A stretch of 63,914 nucleotides of DNA, the filler included, from Fonticula-like sp. SCN 57-25 (taxonomy: Eukaryota), in the NCBI GenBank assembly GCA_001724245.1. It is 9 parts of 9 records of this genome, joined end to end, with 100 filler letters (N's around TTAATTAATTAA, not from the genome) between each part and the next. Parts side by side here need not be neighbours in the genome. Positions count along the whole stretch, not along the records: positions 1 to 7,229 come from MEDX01000698.1; positions 7,330 to 14,442 come from MEDX01000699.1; 7 more parts are not named here. The stretch is one strand, 5' to 3'. Positions 1-12,065 of this stretch are shown here, piece after piece; position 1 is the first letter of the stretch, and every line of letters starts with the position of its first letter. The position numbers were made by a program, and so were the translations under genes. The notes beneath the pieces were generated by a model, which was not told where the DNA came from, ran no database searches, and saw only the letters and a program-made list of their open reading frames with translations.

Positions 1-1141
1 GTCCTTGCGGGTGTCGTACGCGCCGTACATGAAGCCGTTTACCTTGTCGATGAGCTGGACGAGGCGGCCGACGCTGCGCTTGTCGTGGATGCGGAGGGTC
101 TGGAAGCTTAAAAGGGCATAATCATCCACTAGCTCGCAGATGGCTGGGAAGGCAGAAAATGACACGGAAAAAGTTAAAAAAATGACGGAAAAAGACACAA
201 AAAAGATATAAACTGGCATAAAAGAGTCATAAAATGACACAGACATGGTATGAACCAGCCACACAATGACATAAAAGCAACACAAATAACACGAAACAAC
301 ACATCAATTGACTTTTTCTAGCAAAAACACACCTTTGTTGAGGCCGATGAAGCGCTTGCTGAATGCGTCCGTGTCGAGATCGTCGACGAGCCGCCCAATG
401 TCCTGCACCTCTGTGTAAAAGTCGAGATTGTAGCTGAGCTTGCCGTACTGCTCGATGAGGTCCATCTTGGAGAGGACGTTCACGTGCGGCAGCTCGAGCT
501 GCAGCATCGTCTGAAGCGAGAGGAGCAGCACCGACATGAACTTTGCCGCGTCGCCGCAGTAGTGCGCGTCGACGAGATGCACCGCGGCGAGCTGCCAGGG
601 TGTGTCAGCAAAGGGCGGCATGGCATTGGATGTGCGTACACGAAAGCCCCACTTTTGCAGCTGGTTGATGATGCGCTTGAATGATGGGTGGTGCGTGTAC
701 AGCTCGACCTGCCCGGGGCAGTCAAAGAGAAAGTAGACATCGCCGAGGGCCTTGAGCTTCTCCTCGAGCCAGTCCATGTTCTGCTCGAGGAATTCCATGC
801 AGTACACGAGGCCGCCGTTCGGGCCCAGCGAGAGCTCCTCCATCACGGGACCGAGCGACACAAGGTCGGCGAGGTCAACCTCGCACTTGTACAGCACCTT
901 GTCATTCGCGGGATCGAGGTTGACGATCACGACCGGCCTGCAGCGCAGTGTCAGCACAGAGATGCGCGCGATGCATGCCAGGCGCACCGCCCCAGTTCCT
1001 CGTAAAAGTGGCGCAGGCCGCGGCAGTAGGTCGACTTGCCGCACCCCGGCGGCCCAATAACCACCTAGCACACGGCATCAGTCAAGAGATTCGCACATTG
1101 GGCCCCGCGCGCACCTGCCCGAAGCGCGTCGTTGCCGCCAT
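1..1141 (-). CDS. GPN2: GPN-loop GTPase 2 (multi-exon, 3' end truncated)
   Basis: Spliced MAATTRFGQ|VVIGPPGCGKSTYC P-loop, VNLDPAND, LGPNGGLVYCME (GPN loop), FDCPGQVELYTHH, PHVNVLSKMDL, LDFYTEVQD. Confidence 0.92.
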
Positions 1142-1254
1142 TTCCACTCTCTACGAATGAACCGCTGATTCCCTGTATTTTCTACACGAATCTTTTTTCT
1201 CAATCAAAATTGACAAAGTCGCTTCACGTGTCCCACCCGAGCCTGTGATCCGTC

Positions 1255-1887
1255 ATGGTACGCGCGGTCGCCCGCTCGCCCTTCCGCCTCCCGGTAAATG
1301 TTTTCTTTCTAACAGCGGCGCTTTTTGTGAACTAGGCGTCCAAAATTATCGCCCAAATTCTGGTTGGCGGAACGCAAATCCTCCTCAAGGCGTTTGCCGA
1401 GGCGTACCGCCAGGCGCTCGCGAGTACGTGTCGCGCGCCCGTGAATGATGCCGGCTCACCTTTGAATAGACGCTCACCGCGGTGGCGCCGCCAAGGCCGC
1501 GGAGAGCGCCGCCGCCGGCTCAATTGCGCGGCGACAGGCGCTGACGCTGGACGAGGCGTCGCGCATCCTCAATGTCGACAAGGAGGCGTCCTACGATCAA
1601 GTGGGCAAGGTACGACCGTGCCGCATGCGCTTTCCCATTCTCACCTGCCTTTACAGAATTTTCTTCATTTGTTTTCGGCAAATGACAAGTCCGTGAACGG
1701 TTCTTTCTATCTTCAGTCCAAGGTCGTGCGGGCCAAGGAGCGCTTTGAGGTCGAGTGGAAGGATCTGAAAAAGTTCCAGGATCTTCCGCCCATCGAGATC
1801 CCAAAGATCGCGCCAAAGGAGACTCCCGCTGCCTCCGCCGCCGCCGGCCCCGCCAAGGGCGGCCCGAAGGCCCGCCCGAGCGCGTAG
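1255..1887 (+). CDS. PAM16: Mitochondrial import motor subunit Pam16/Tim16 (multi-exon; first coding exon is the ATG alone)
   Basis: ATG|GT intron to 1335, then ASKIIAQILVGGTQILLKAFAEAYRQALA; LTLDEASRILNV; HLFSANDKSVNGSFYLQSKVVRAKER. Confidence 0.9.
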
Positions 1888-2090
1888 CGCCGCTCTACAC
1901 TGCACAAAGAGTCGTTTTAATCCCCTTTTCTCGTTGCTCCTCATACTGATCACGGCCTATTCCGAATATGCCCCTTTTGCGCGCGTCTCTCTGCCCTGCG
2001 CCCAAGGGGCGGCGATGAAGCCAGCCTGTACATTGTAATATGCAATAAACAAAAACATAACAAGAAAAAACATGTGCTTTGCTTGATCGA

Positions 2091-3103
2091 TCAGATGGGC
2101 AGCAGCGACCGCGTGCTGCGCGTGCAGAGCGACGTGAGCGACCGCAGCGCCGCGACGCCGCCGGGAAGGTAGCTCGCAATGTACCACGCGAGCGCGCAGA
2201 TCTGAATGAGGCCAAAGAGGAGGCACAAAAGGTAGCTCTTTGCCTGCGGGAATGTGAGAAAAAGCGCGGGAAAAGGGAGAGGGTGCGCACGAAAAGTGAC
2301 GCGTAAAGAGTCGCCACAATGGAAACAAAGTACACCAAAGTGAACACGATGCGCTCGGCAGAAAAGAGCGCGTTGATGTACGCCGTGGGGCCAGTGTACA
2401 CGGCCAGCCTGTTGGACGAAAGATCGTCAGCTGGCGAATGAGCAAGAGAGTTGGGACGCACGTGGCCATTGTCAAGATAGAGCCAAAGGTAAAGGAAAGG
2501 GCAAACTTGGCGGGCATGATCACCACGAACGGCAGCGTCGCAAAGGCCTAATCGCTCGTCAGCACTGATGTGATCACGAGACGATAACGCACCATCCCAA
2601 AGCAGATGAAAGCGCCGACACCGAGCGCCATTATTCCCACCATACGCTGAGCACATGCCTCAGTAAACACGCTGGTTAACTAGGCGCGCCCGTACCTCCA
2701 TCGGCGAGTAGCGAGCAGCCGTGACGTTGGTGGCGGCCGATTGCGCCTTGCCTTGCACGCGGGAAACAGTCGATGTCACGCTCCCGACCTAACAAAAGCA
2801 AGCAAGGGCCCAAGAAAAAAACAATAATATTAGCCTATATTAAATATGCACAGGAGAAAGGAGACAAAGAAAGAGACGTACGCCCTGCTGGATTCCCTTT
2901 GAAAACATGGTCGCAAAGTTACTCATCGGGCTCGGCGCCTCGGTGCGAAACTCTTTCAGCGACTGAGTAAAGTCGGCCTCGATCTCGTCGGTCGGCATCG
3001 TCATAATGTCCCTGACGTCGGCGTCCTTCTCGCCGGTGAACGACAGAGGAGACGAGAGCGACTTGGCGTCGGCGTCAGAGCTCACGCTAAACATGGACAG
3101 CAT
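2091..3103 (-). CDS. SFT2/Got1-family vesicle transport protein (multi-exon; start approximate)
   Basis: PAKFALSFTFGSILTM, GPTAYINALFSAERIVFTLVYF, IQICALAWYIASYLPGG, C-terminal SLLPI*. Confidence 0.8.
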
Positions 3104-3152
3104 CGTGACGGCGTCAACAACCGTCGCACTGTGCGTCACCGTTCCAGAGGTG

Positions 3153-3210
3153 ATTCAGGGGCAGATTCAGGGGCAGATTCGCAAAGTTAGCCCAGATTCC
3201 GGGGCAGATT
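3153..3210 (+). repeat. Short direct repeats GATTC(A/C)GGGGCA upstream of the SFT2-like gene
   Basis: gattcaggggca twice in tandem plus gattccggggcagatt nearby. Confidence 0.6.
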
Positions 3211-3471
3211 TCATGATTGAAGCGAAAGTGAGCACGAAATTTGGACGACATCTGGCCGACATGGGCGATCTTTGAAGCAAAAGTGCTTTTATTCAGTGCA
3301 TTGCGGTCCACTAGTCGAATATCATATCAAAATGCATTTCTACATGTGCATATAGTGTAAAGCAATAACGTGCAGGTATAGGGCGGCCACGAGGCCTGCG
3401 ACAAAAAAAAGGATATCAGCCACGGATATCAAGCGAGCCCATATCCAATAATGCAAAAACGGCAATATAAA

Positions 3472-5191
3472 TCAAAAGAGCGACGTCTCCATCCCGAGGT
3501 AGTGGAACGCGAGCGGGATTCCGTAAACGGCGTTGAAACCAATGCCAAAGTACGTGATGCATCGCGTGAGCACATCGACATCGTAGCGCGGCAGCCGGTG
3601 GAACGATGCGACAATCGACTGCGCATCCTTTCTAAAAACACACGAAAACAACATTTCATGAGCACACAACGGCGAAAAAAGCAAAAAAAAGCGACGCACC
3701 CAGCACCAGCGCGCTTCTTGACGTCGTTATTGACCGCGGCACTCACCGCCGCCTGATCAAGATGCATCACCGACGGCGAGATCCTGATGGGCGTCTGGAC
3801 GCTGTCGTACATCTTTGCGGGAAGGTGGAACTTGCGCGCCGGCAGTCCGAGCGCGCGGAACACCGTCGGCAGCACCGCGTAGCAGAACTTTTTCGCGACG
3901 ACGCGCCATGCGAGGATGATCCCGACGCCGACGACGATGCGGGCGAGCGTGGTGATCAGGCCGACCTCGTCAAAGCTGTACTTGACGGTGGCGGGCCAGG
4001 GGGACGCGGCGTCAATGGACGAGCGCGCGTGGACCCACGTGCCGGTCACGACGCCGACGCAGGTGAAGACAAAGGAGACGCCGTCGTCAAAGCTGGGGGT
4101 CGGGTCAACGGGATCGGGGTGCACAAGGACGAGCGCGATCGCCACAAGGAGGACGGCAAGGGGGGCTGAAAAGGTGTCAGAAAAAGAGAAAACAAAGGGT
4201 AAAATGAATGAATGGCAGCAGTAAAAGTGCAAATTAAACATGCAAAGCAACCACACATTGTCAAAGAAAACATTATGCACACGATCCACAAGCATCACGT
4301 GCGCCACAGATCAAAACGTACACCACGTAGGCTCGTAGAAGAAATAGTCGAGCTGCGCGTAGTAGGTTGTCCACAGGAAGAGGATGGAAAAGCCGAGGAC
4401 GAGTCCGCCGACCACGTCTGTGACCGTGTGCATGCCGCAGTACACGCGCGAGCAGCCGACAAGCAGGACGTACGAGAGGCATGCCACCATGAGCATCCGG
4501 GTCGACGACTCGGAAACATCGTGCAGATCCAGGTAGTAAATGAGCGTGAAGAAGAACTGTGCAGGTGCGGGATGCGCGGTCAGCGACATGACGGCGCATG
4601 CCTGCCACGTACCATGTTGACCGCCGAGACGGTGTGCGATGACGGGAAGCCGTACTCGGTCTGGTGCGACGACGTCAGCTTGACGACGGGCGGCGACAGC
4701 GGACGCGGGAGGCAGAGCATGTCCTTGATGATGCCAGACAGAAAGATGCACGACGCCATGAGGAGCGTCAGATGGCGCGCATACCTGCCGATCGGGTGAG
4801 TCGGGAGGTCCGCAATGGAATCGTGGCGGCCACGTACCGACCAAACCCGAGCCAGAAGGCGATCGGGATCGCCGTCATGAAGAAAAAGTGCGACCCGGAG
4901 AAGCCGATAAGCTGCATAGTCTCGTCCATCACCCTGGAGCGGTACTTTGCCTGCAGCCTTGCGTGAGCCCGCCATTCCAGTCAACCAGCGAGCGATGCGC
5001 ACCTGCAACTGCTGAATCGTGCTCGTCTCGCTAGAGATGAGCGGCAGCAGCAGCGCGCGGATCTGCTTGCGCGGAAAGCCAAAGAGCGCGCGCGCCTTGG
5101 CCGTCGTCGCTACCGCCTCGTTTTCGTGCATGTCCGTCGGCCTCCCAAGGTGCGATGGCGTGGCGTGATACCGAGAGCGCAGCAAAGCCAT
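3472..5191 (-). CDS. Sphingoid long-chain base-1-phosphate phosphatase (SGPP/LCB3, PAP2 family), multi-exon
   Basis: PAP2 motifs KDMLCLPRPLSPP, EYGFPSSH, SRVYCGMHTVTDVVGG; also HPDPVDPTPSFDDGVSF and PRYDVDVLTRCITY. Confidence 0.88.
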
Positions 5192-5547
5192 GACCGCCGT
5201 CGACCCTTTTTGAGGTAATTATTCGGTAAGGTAGCGCGTTTGATTGGTCGATGGAAATGCGAAGGACGCGAGCGATTGGTTCGCGGAAATTGGGCTGATT
5301 AAAAAGGGAATGGTGACTGTGAATATCCGGATTAGGAAATATCAGCAGCCGATGGTGGCAAATCTGAAGTGAAATACAAACAAACACACGAGACTGCGCC
5401 AAATTGCGCTGAAATTGCGGGTCATAAATGCTCTCTATCTAATTTCAGCCCGCTTCAAAAGTGCATAGTTAACTTCTTTAAGGCGTGTTCACAATAAAAT
5501 GATTATAAATATCCACAAAAAAAGTATATTTAAAGAAATGCGATGAA

Positions 5548-7229
5548 TTAGTTGATAGACGACAAGTGCACAGCGACGGTTTTCGTGTTCCTCACGAGCG
5601 TGCTCGCCGCCATCTTGAGCGTGTCCACCGGCTGCACCGACGGAAACATTCTCCCCGCCACCTTGGCGGCCTCCACAAGCTCGCGAATACTCTGCATCAG
5701 CTACATTGTTGCGTCAGTTATGCTTCACAAAAACAAAAAAAAGGTCGCACCTCTGCCGACGACGACGCAATGTCTGTGCGCTTAAAGTGCTCGAACCCAT
5801 CGTCGCCCGCCGCTTCGTCCGCGAGCACGACAAGCGCGTGTGCCGCCTGCGCCAGCGCAGCGGTCGGCGGAACAAACCCTGACGGGTTGCTCGACTTTAT
5901 CGCGCCGAGCAGTTCCCTGACGTGCGTCGCGACCGGCTCGATGAGCACCTTTGCCTGCGAGCCGTACTGCTGCGCGAGCTTTTCGCGGCGCGCCGACGCG
6001 ACCGCCTTTCTCTCCTGCTCGACGCGCTCCATCTCGCCGCGGCGGCGCGCTTCGGTGGCGCTCGCGCTGCTCAGAATGTTGTTGAGCGACTGCGCCGTCA
6101 TGGCATCCGCTTCGGCTTCGCGCTGCTGCCGCGCGAGCTGCTCCTCGGCGGCAACCTGCGCATTCCACCGCGCCTGCTCCTCTTCAAACCGCTCAAGGTC
6201 AAGCTGCGCGCGCCGCTGCTCTTCAAGGTCGCGGCGCGCAGAGACAGCCGCGTGCTCCTCGCGGGCGGCGCGCTCGGCAATTTCGGCCGCGCGCTGCTCG
6301 TGCGCCATCCGCTCCTTGGCATTCGCGTCCTGCACCGCCCGCAGCATCGCCTCGCCCTGCGCGGCCAGGCGCGCCGCCGTGTCGTCATGCGCGGACCGCA
6401 CCGACTCATTCGCGGAAGTGATTGGCGCCGGGGCTGAAGCCGACACGAGCGCCGGCGACCCCGCCGGTGACGCCGCGGCCGACACGAGCTGCACGCCCTT
6501 TGACTTTGCTGCCGCCGCGTGCACGGCGACAATGTCGGCGAGGTCGCGCGGCGCGAGTCGCTTGGCGGCGGCGCGCTCGCGCTCCTGCAGGGCGGCGAGG
6601 CGCTCCATCCAGTCGCCGGCGTCGGCGCGCGGCGGGTTGCCGGCCTTGAAGACGCGGTACTGCTCGCGGACGCCCAGCTCGTCGTGCACGGTCGCGGCGA
6701 GCTTGTCAAAGTCGGATTGGTCGAGAAGGCCCAGGCGAGCAAGGCCGGCAGTGTTGTACGAGCCGCTGGGAGGGGCGGCGGCGGAGCCGCTGCTGCGCTT
6801 GCGGCGGTCGTGCTCGACGAGAATATCGGAAAGCATCGCATTAAACTCTTCATCGGACAACTGAAAAAGCAAGGAAAGTTAGAAAAATGAACCACAATAA
6901 TTATGTTCGCACCTGGCTGAGGCGCTCGTTAATGTCTTGTGCGCTGTAGGTCGGGCGAACGTTGCGCTGCGCAGTCTGGAAAAGCATCTGGAGATTGCCC
7001 AGGCGAGTGGCCACGTAAGCGTGCTCGTTGGCCTGCGCATAAAAAAGCGGCGTCTTGCCAATGCGGTCCTCGACGCATGGATTCGCGCCCGCCGCGACGA
7101 GCAACTCGACCGCATTCAAGTTCCCCAACAGCGCCGCCACGTGCAGCGCCGTTCTCCCCTGCGCCTGCGCGTCCGGGTGCGGCAGATTGCAGTCCGCCAC
7201 CCACCCAAGCAGCTGCACAATACGCGCAA
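5548..7229 (-). CDS. GIT1/2-like scaffold: ankyrin repeats, two Spa2-homology (SHD) repeats, coiled coil, helical C-terminus (5' truncated)
   Basis: GRTALHVAALLGNLNAVELLVAAGANPCVEDRIGKTPLFYA ankyrin; SHD-like LSDEEFNAMLSDILVEHDRRK and LDQSDFDKLAATVHDELGVRE. Confidence 0.68.
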
Positions 7230-7329
7230 NNNNNNNNNNNNNNNNNNNNNNNNNNNNNNNNNNNNNNNNNNNNTTAATTAATTAANNNNNNNNNNNNNNN
7301 NNNNNNNNNNNNNNNNNNNNNNNNNNNNN
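7230..7329. other. Artificial contig spacer N44-TTAATTAATTAA-N44; also at 14443-14542, 21242-21341, 27900-27999, 34516-34615, 41080-41179, 47589-47688, 53983-54082
   Basis: Eight identical 100-nt linkers with stops in all frames; gene content and base composition change across each. Confidence 0.98.
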
Positions 7330-7761
7330 CATTTGCGCATATGAACGGGGGGGGGGTTCACCCAGGAACTACCTTATAGGCGCTGCTCGCGACATTCGAA
7401 GCGGCTCTGCTTCAAGATCTTGTAATTGCCAAGACTTTTGATGTCGCATTTGGGCGCTGGTTAGCTGCTCTGCGCCCTCTGTATAGTGGGTGATCATCAT
7501 TTTTGGATGTTGTGTTTCGTTTTGTGCGCATCGTGTGATCGACGGCGGCATCGTGTGTGCGCTGCTGTTGTTCACAATTTGTGTGTCATCACTGCAATGT
7601 CTGCAGTCACGTGTGTCAGCATCTTGCAAGAATTGTTTTGATGTGTCACCATTTTGCAAAATTGGTCGTTCATGATGCAGATTATGCACGATCTTCGCCG
7701 TTTTTTTGAATGGGCGGGCTACTGCGGTCCCCGCCCGGTGCATAGCACTAAATACACTATT

Positions 7762-7810
7762 TTAAACCCTAACCCTAACCCTAAAACCCTAAACCCTTTT
7801 CTAAACCCTA
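7762..7810 (+). repeat. Interstitial telomere-like tract (CCCTAA/CCCTAAA units)
   Basis: taaaccctaaccctaaccctaaaaccctaaaccc...ctaaacccta; more units at ~7979-7990 and, inverted, at 13613-13658. Confidence 0.8.
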
Positions 7811-8995
7811 TGTGCCGACCGCATTCGAGACGAACTCGCTCGACTGATAGGTCTACAGAGTTTACCTTTTTTTTGTCAGATTTTCTATTCTCTTCAATGA
7901 GTTGTAGTGGGTTGGGCTCCATGACCTCTAACAGGGTCATCCCCTTCCGCTCGGGTTCTCGAGTAAAATAAACTTTTCTAAACCCTAAAAGCTGTGCTGT
8001 GCAGTGATGCTGTGCTATGCGGACAACCGATATGGTGTGTCATCGTTTGTCACGATTTGGTCAGATTTGAGATCTGACTGGATCGTGCAGCAGCCTACCC
8101 TTGAGGTCGCTGCTGGGTGTTGCTCTTTTGTAATGCTACAATACATTCTTTAAACCCTGCAAGTGTGGACGTCTTAGAATGTTATGTCGCCCGTCGTCAT
8201 GCATTTATCGAGCTTTGCTCTTTTCTTTCTCTGGCTGTAGCGATCTTTTTCGCATCTCATGATCGATCTTTGTATCTTTCACTCATGTCGTGTCTTTGTG
8301 CACTTCTCCATCAGGGTATTAATAAACGAAACCAACCCTAAGACTGTCCTGTGCAGGCTGTAGGTTCATGGTCTGCGGATGGTCTGCGAGTCTGATTCTC
8401 TGGCAGCCTGATTTCCTGATTTTACACGTGGTCATAATTGACTGGATTGTCTCAAGGCTCGATCGATTGATTGCAAAATTGAGCTGTACATTTTTGGAGT
8501 TTCTCTTTGAGCCAGTCGCGAACTGCATAGTCACCTCCAAAAAAGAATTATATCAGAGGATAGCCCATTGCATAATCTATCAAATATCACCAAAAAAGTC
8601 AAAAAGGAGGTATGTGCCTATGATCCCGATTCTATTGCCGACCGTCACATTTATACCTGGAAAGAACTCACGCCATGAAAAGGGGAACTAATGGAAAGCG
8701 TTACATCTGGCGTATAACCGCGCCCATGGGATCCTTGCCAGTCAACGCACGTTTATGGAGAATACCGAAGGTCGCGTGCCACCCGGAGCCGACGCCCGGG
8801 CGCACGCGACAACCACAACATGAAAGCATCACAAGAGAGACACGTAAACTAGATTGCACTGTTCTAACTATTTCCACCATACGCTGACACACCTATCACT
8901 CAGTTACAAAAGATCACATCCTTGCAAAGTCCACTCACCAAACACAATGAATTCGCTGGCTTCACGCCCTACAGAAACATTTAATCCATGTATTA

Positions 8996-9967
8996 TCACC
9001 CACCTAACCATTCCGCAGAAGACTCTTCGCTTGAACAATTTTGCAGCTGATGCCTTAAATTTTCAGCGTATTTAGCTATACATTCGAGCGTTCCGTCGAT
9101 ATGACCATTGCAAGGGGCTTCTTGAAATTCGTTGAGATGCTGAGCTGCGAAGGAAAGTAAAGTACGACGATCAATTTTTGATGGTAGATTAGCGCTTGCA
9201 ACAATCATATCAGGAGAATCAGACAGCCCACAGCCAGCATACGCCTTTGACAATACTCCAATAAGATAGAGGAAGACGTAATAAGAAAGAGGCGAGCAGC
9301 ATATGCAATATCCATTCTCAATAACGTTTTTACCATCTGAAGCGTCCGACTTCACAGCTGCTAAAAACTTAGCTGATGCAGTATTCTTGATCTCGACACT
9401 AACCTCTACGGTGGGGTCAACTGTAGAACTGCTTTCGCAAAAAGCTCGATGTGCCTTCAAAATATTGCAAACTCGGGTTTGGTTCTCATACGAGGCACAA
9501 AGTATCACATCTTCGAGTGTGTTCGCAGCCTTTGCATTAAACTCGGCCGTACTCCAAAAAAAATTCGAAAGGCTGCACGCATCCAAACCAAAATTACTTG
9601 CTTCCGTCCGAAGAGAGGTATAGTTGGACAACGTATTAGTGTAATGCTTATTAAATTCGTAAGCATCTCTTGAAGGATCAACTGGTAACATGGCATCCGT
9701 AACAAGGTCATCAACGCGTTGATCAAGGATTCGACGGCGTTTTTCCAGATCCGCAAGCGCATCTTTTTCACCACTAGCCTTGTACAACAATGGTCCACTT
9801 AATATACCCACTGTTTTCGCCACAAACTTGAGAAATTCTCGCATTTTTCTTTGCTCGAGATAATGACAGTTTGACCTTCCCAGCCCGCACGACGACCGAT
9901 GAAAGAGTACGGTACGTGTAAACCGGGCAGTTGCGGGTGAAGAGAAAGACAATGTATTGAGAGACAA
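8996..9967 (-). CDS. Hypothetical protein (possibly spliced)
   Basis: 323-codon ORF with protein-like composition; no family recognised. Confidence 0.5.
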   Translation of the reverse strand: MSLNTLSFSSPATARFTRTVLFHRSSCGLGRSNCHYLEQRKMREFLKFVAKTVGILSGPLLYKASGEKDALADLEKRRRILDQRVDDLVTDAMLPVDPSRDAYEFNKHYTNTLSNYTSLRTEASNFGLDACSLSNFFWSTAEFNAKAANTLEDVILCASYENQTRVCNILKAHRAFCESSSTVDPTVEVSVEIKNTASAKFLAAVKSDASDGKNVIENGYCICCSPLSYYVFLYLIGVLSKAYAGCGLSDSPDMIVASANLPSKIDRRTLLSFAAQHLNEFQEAPCNGHIDGTLECIAKYAENLRHQLQNCSSEESSAEWLGG

Positions 9968-10650
9968 TCAGCGTGGTCAAAGGGCCCCGCGCACCAATCA
10001 CAAGAGGGAAACAACAATCCGGAAAAAAACAGCGCACGCAAATGGATTACGCAAGATTACAGCTTTTTTGTAAGCACCAATCAAATTGTGTTATGCGCCC
10101 GGAGAGCCAATCATTACGCCTGAAACAGTACAGCATACTCGCACTCGCTCAGCAGCAGTTTTTTTACCTCTTGTGACGGATTCGAGCTCGGCGGCCAAAA
10201 TCGCGCAGATTGTCGGGCAGTGGAACGCTACTGGTGGCAATGCCGCGACCCGCAGGTGAAAAGAATGGATAATGTTTGTGCGTTCAAGATTCATCCGCCG
10301 AATGCAATGGCGTGCTGCGCGAGCTGACGTCTGCCTTCGTTCAAAGCGGCCGCTCGAGGTAGTTGCCCTGTGGGACCTAGGCCCTACCAAGCACCTGTGC
10401 GATAGGCACTAGAAGACTCTGTCGCGATCGGTGAGGCGTACGGTGTCGCGCCCCGCTAAAGACAGTAAAGCTGAATACGAAGATGTCGATGACGGCGAAG
10501 CGTCTGGCAGTAAGCGTACGGGCGATGCTCTCATGTCGGATACTCGAAGCGCGCCCCCTTGTGACGCCCGCACGCGCTTCTTCCGGTGCGCATTAGCCAA
10601 TTTAATGATCCCCACTTTTGTCTCACAACATTCGCTGTCATTTTTTGCAG

Positions 10651-11609
10651 ATTGGTTGAGCGAGACACGCGCACAATTGAATGCTCTCCCAATTTTCCCG
10701 CAAATCAGCCTTGTTTACCGACCCAGACTCTTTAAAAACCGAGTTGAGCGAAGACCCTCTTCTTCACGACCTCTTTGATGCGTTTAAAACCAGCAGGCCT
10801 CAGAACACTTTAGCTACGCTCTACCACTTGGCGTACATCCAGTCAAAACATGCCAACGCTTTCCAGAAGAGCTCGCCAGCGCGCTCGACTGTTTTGGCGT
10901 GAGCGACCGCGCTTTGTAGATGCTGCATGCTATTGGAGTGATAATTTCCATTGATACCTTGCGGCGTTTCCAGCACGAGCGTATGGAAAATTATCCTGCT
11001 TGGGTTGGTCGTGCACTTCGGGACAACGCGGGAGCAATGATGAACCTGTACATTGACGACTATACCGCGATCCATGGGATTGTGTGCGTATCTTTGTTAT
11101 TCAATTTTAATACAAAATATACAATGGCCTTCCTGGTATTAATCACAATGAACATTTCCTCTGTTCCTAGAAAGCAAAGGCGTAACTTGAAAGCTGACGG
11201 CAAATTCTTTGCGACCGTGAGCATTAAGCCAGTCCCATCAGTGGCAGCCATCGCGATCCCTCCAGAGGTTCGCTTTACTGGGAAGCTATCTTTGGGGCCA
11301 TTCGAAGAGCGACTGAAGAGCACTTTCGTCTATGCCTCTTCGATTACTACGCTTCAGCGCCTTTTATCTACATTTATTGTTGAGCAACAACGAGTAACTG
11401 TTGAAGAGCGGCTGCAAACGCACACGTACGAGGCGAGTCCGGCGCTCGCTATGGAAGGGGCTATTGTGTTGGATGTGAAACAAATGCCTCTCAAATCCCA
11501 CGACGAATACCTCGACGTGCTTCGCGCCACTGTCGCGAACACGCCCGCCCTGATGGCACATTTGAAGGTACAGATCACAGAAGCGGGATCGTGTGAGAGT
11601 GAAAGTTAA
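10651..11609 (+). pseudogene. Degenerate transposase-like (DUF6589-like) gene with a frameshift and an in-frame stop
   Basis: LYHLAYIQSKHANAFQK /frameshift/ ELASALDCFGVSDRAL*MLHAIGVIISIDTLRR...NLYIDDYTAIH resembles, from memory, transposon-associated proteins of fungi and animals. Confidence 0.4.
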
Positions 11610-12065
11610 GAAGTGGCGTACCGCTTTATTGTTGTTAGCAAAAGTACAGTCGTCACACGTCGTTGCGCGAGGCTGCGCTTGAGCTGCCAGACGTGGTGCC
11701 CATTGAGCACAGTTTGATGAGTGTCAAGCGTCGCCGCACCTGACCTTGACGTCAAGTAGCGTTCGCAGTACCGTCGTTCGGTTCCGCTTGAGCTGCGCTT
11801 GCTGCTCATGCAATAAAAAGCAATGCTTGGAAGGTGCATTTGCGACACCAAAGGGTCACTACTTTCCTATATGGCAGACCGCAACACTCGCGTATGATTA
11901 ACCCAAACCTCGTGACGTCACTGAAATCTTGTTGAAATCTTGTGAAATCTTGCGTAATCCATTTGCGTGCGCTGTTCCAAGGAGGGGGGACCCTAATTAT
12001 GTGTACAAAAAACAAAGACGAAATCTGCCCCCGACAACATCCTCAGGCCAATTCCCACGTCTGCT

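Noticed and set aside
5566..6864. 432-aa plus-strand ORF, and similar long antisense ORFs such as 37541-38611
   Set aside because: Shadow ORFs of GC-rich genes on the opposite strand.
7230..7329. Regularly recurring TTAATTAATTAA palindromes as a biological repeat
   Set aside because: Always centred in N runs of fixed length; an artificial linker.
7711..7752. Helitron 3' end (GC hairpin then CTAA)
   Set aside because: Not followed by T, and no RepHel gene or 5' TC end was found; better explained as part of the local repeat family.
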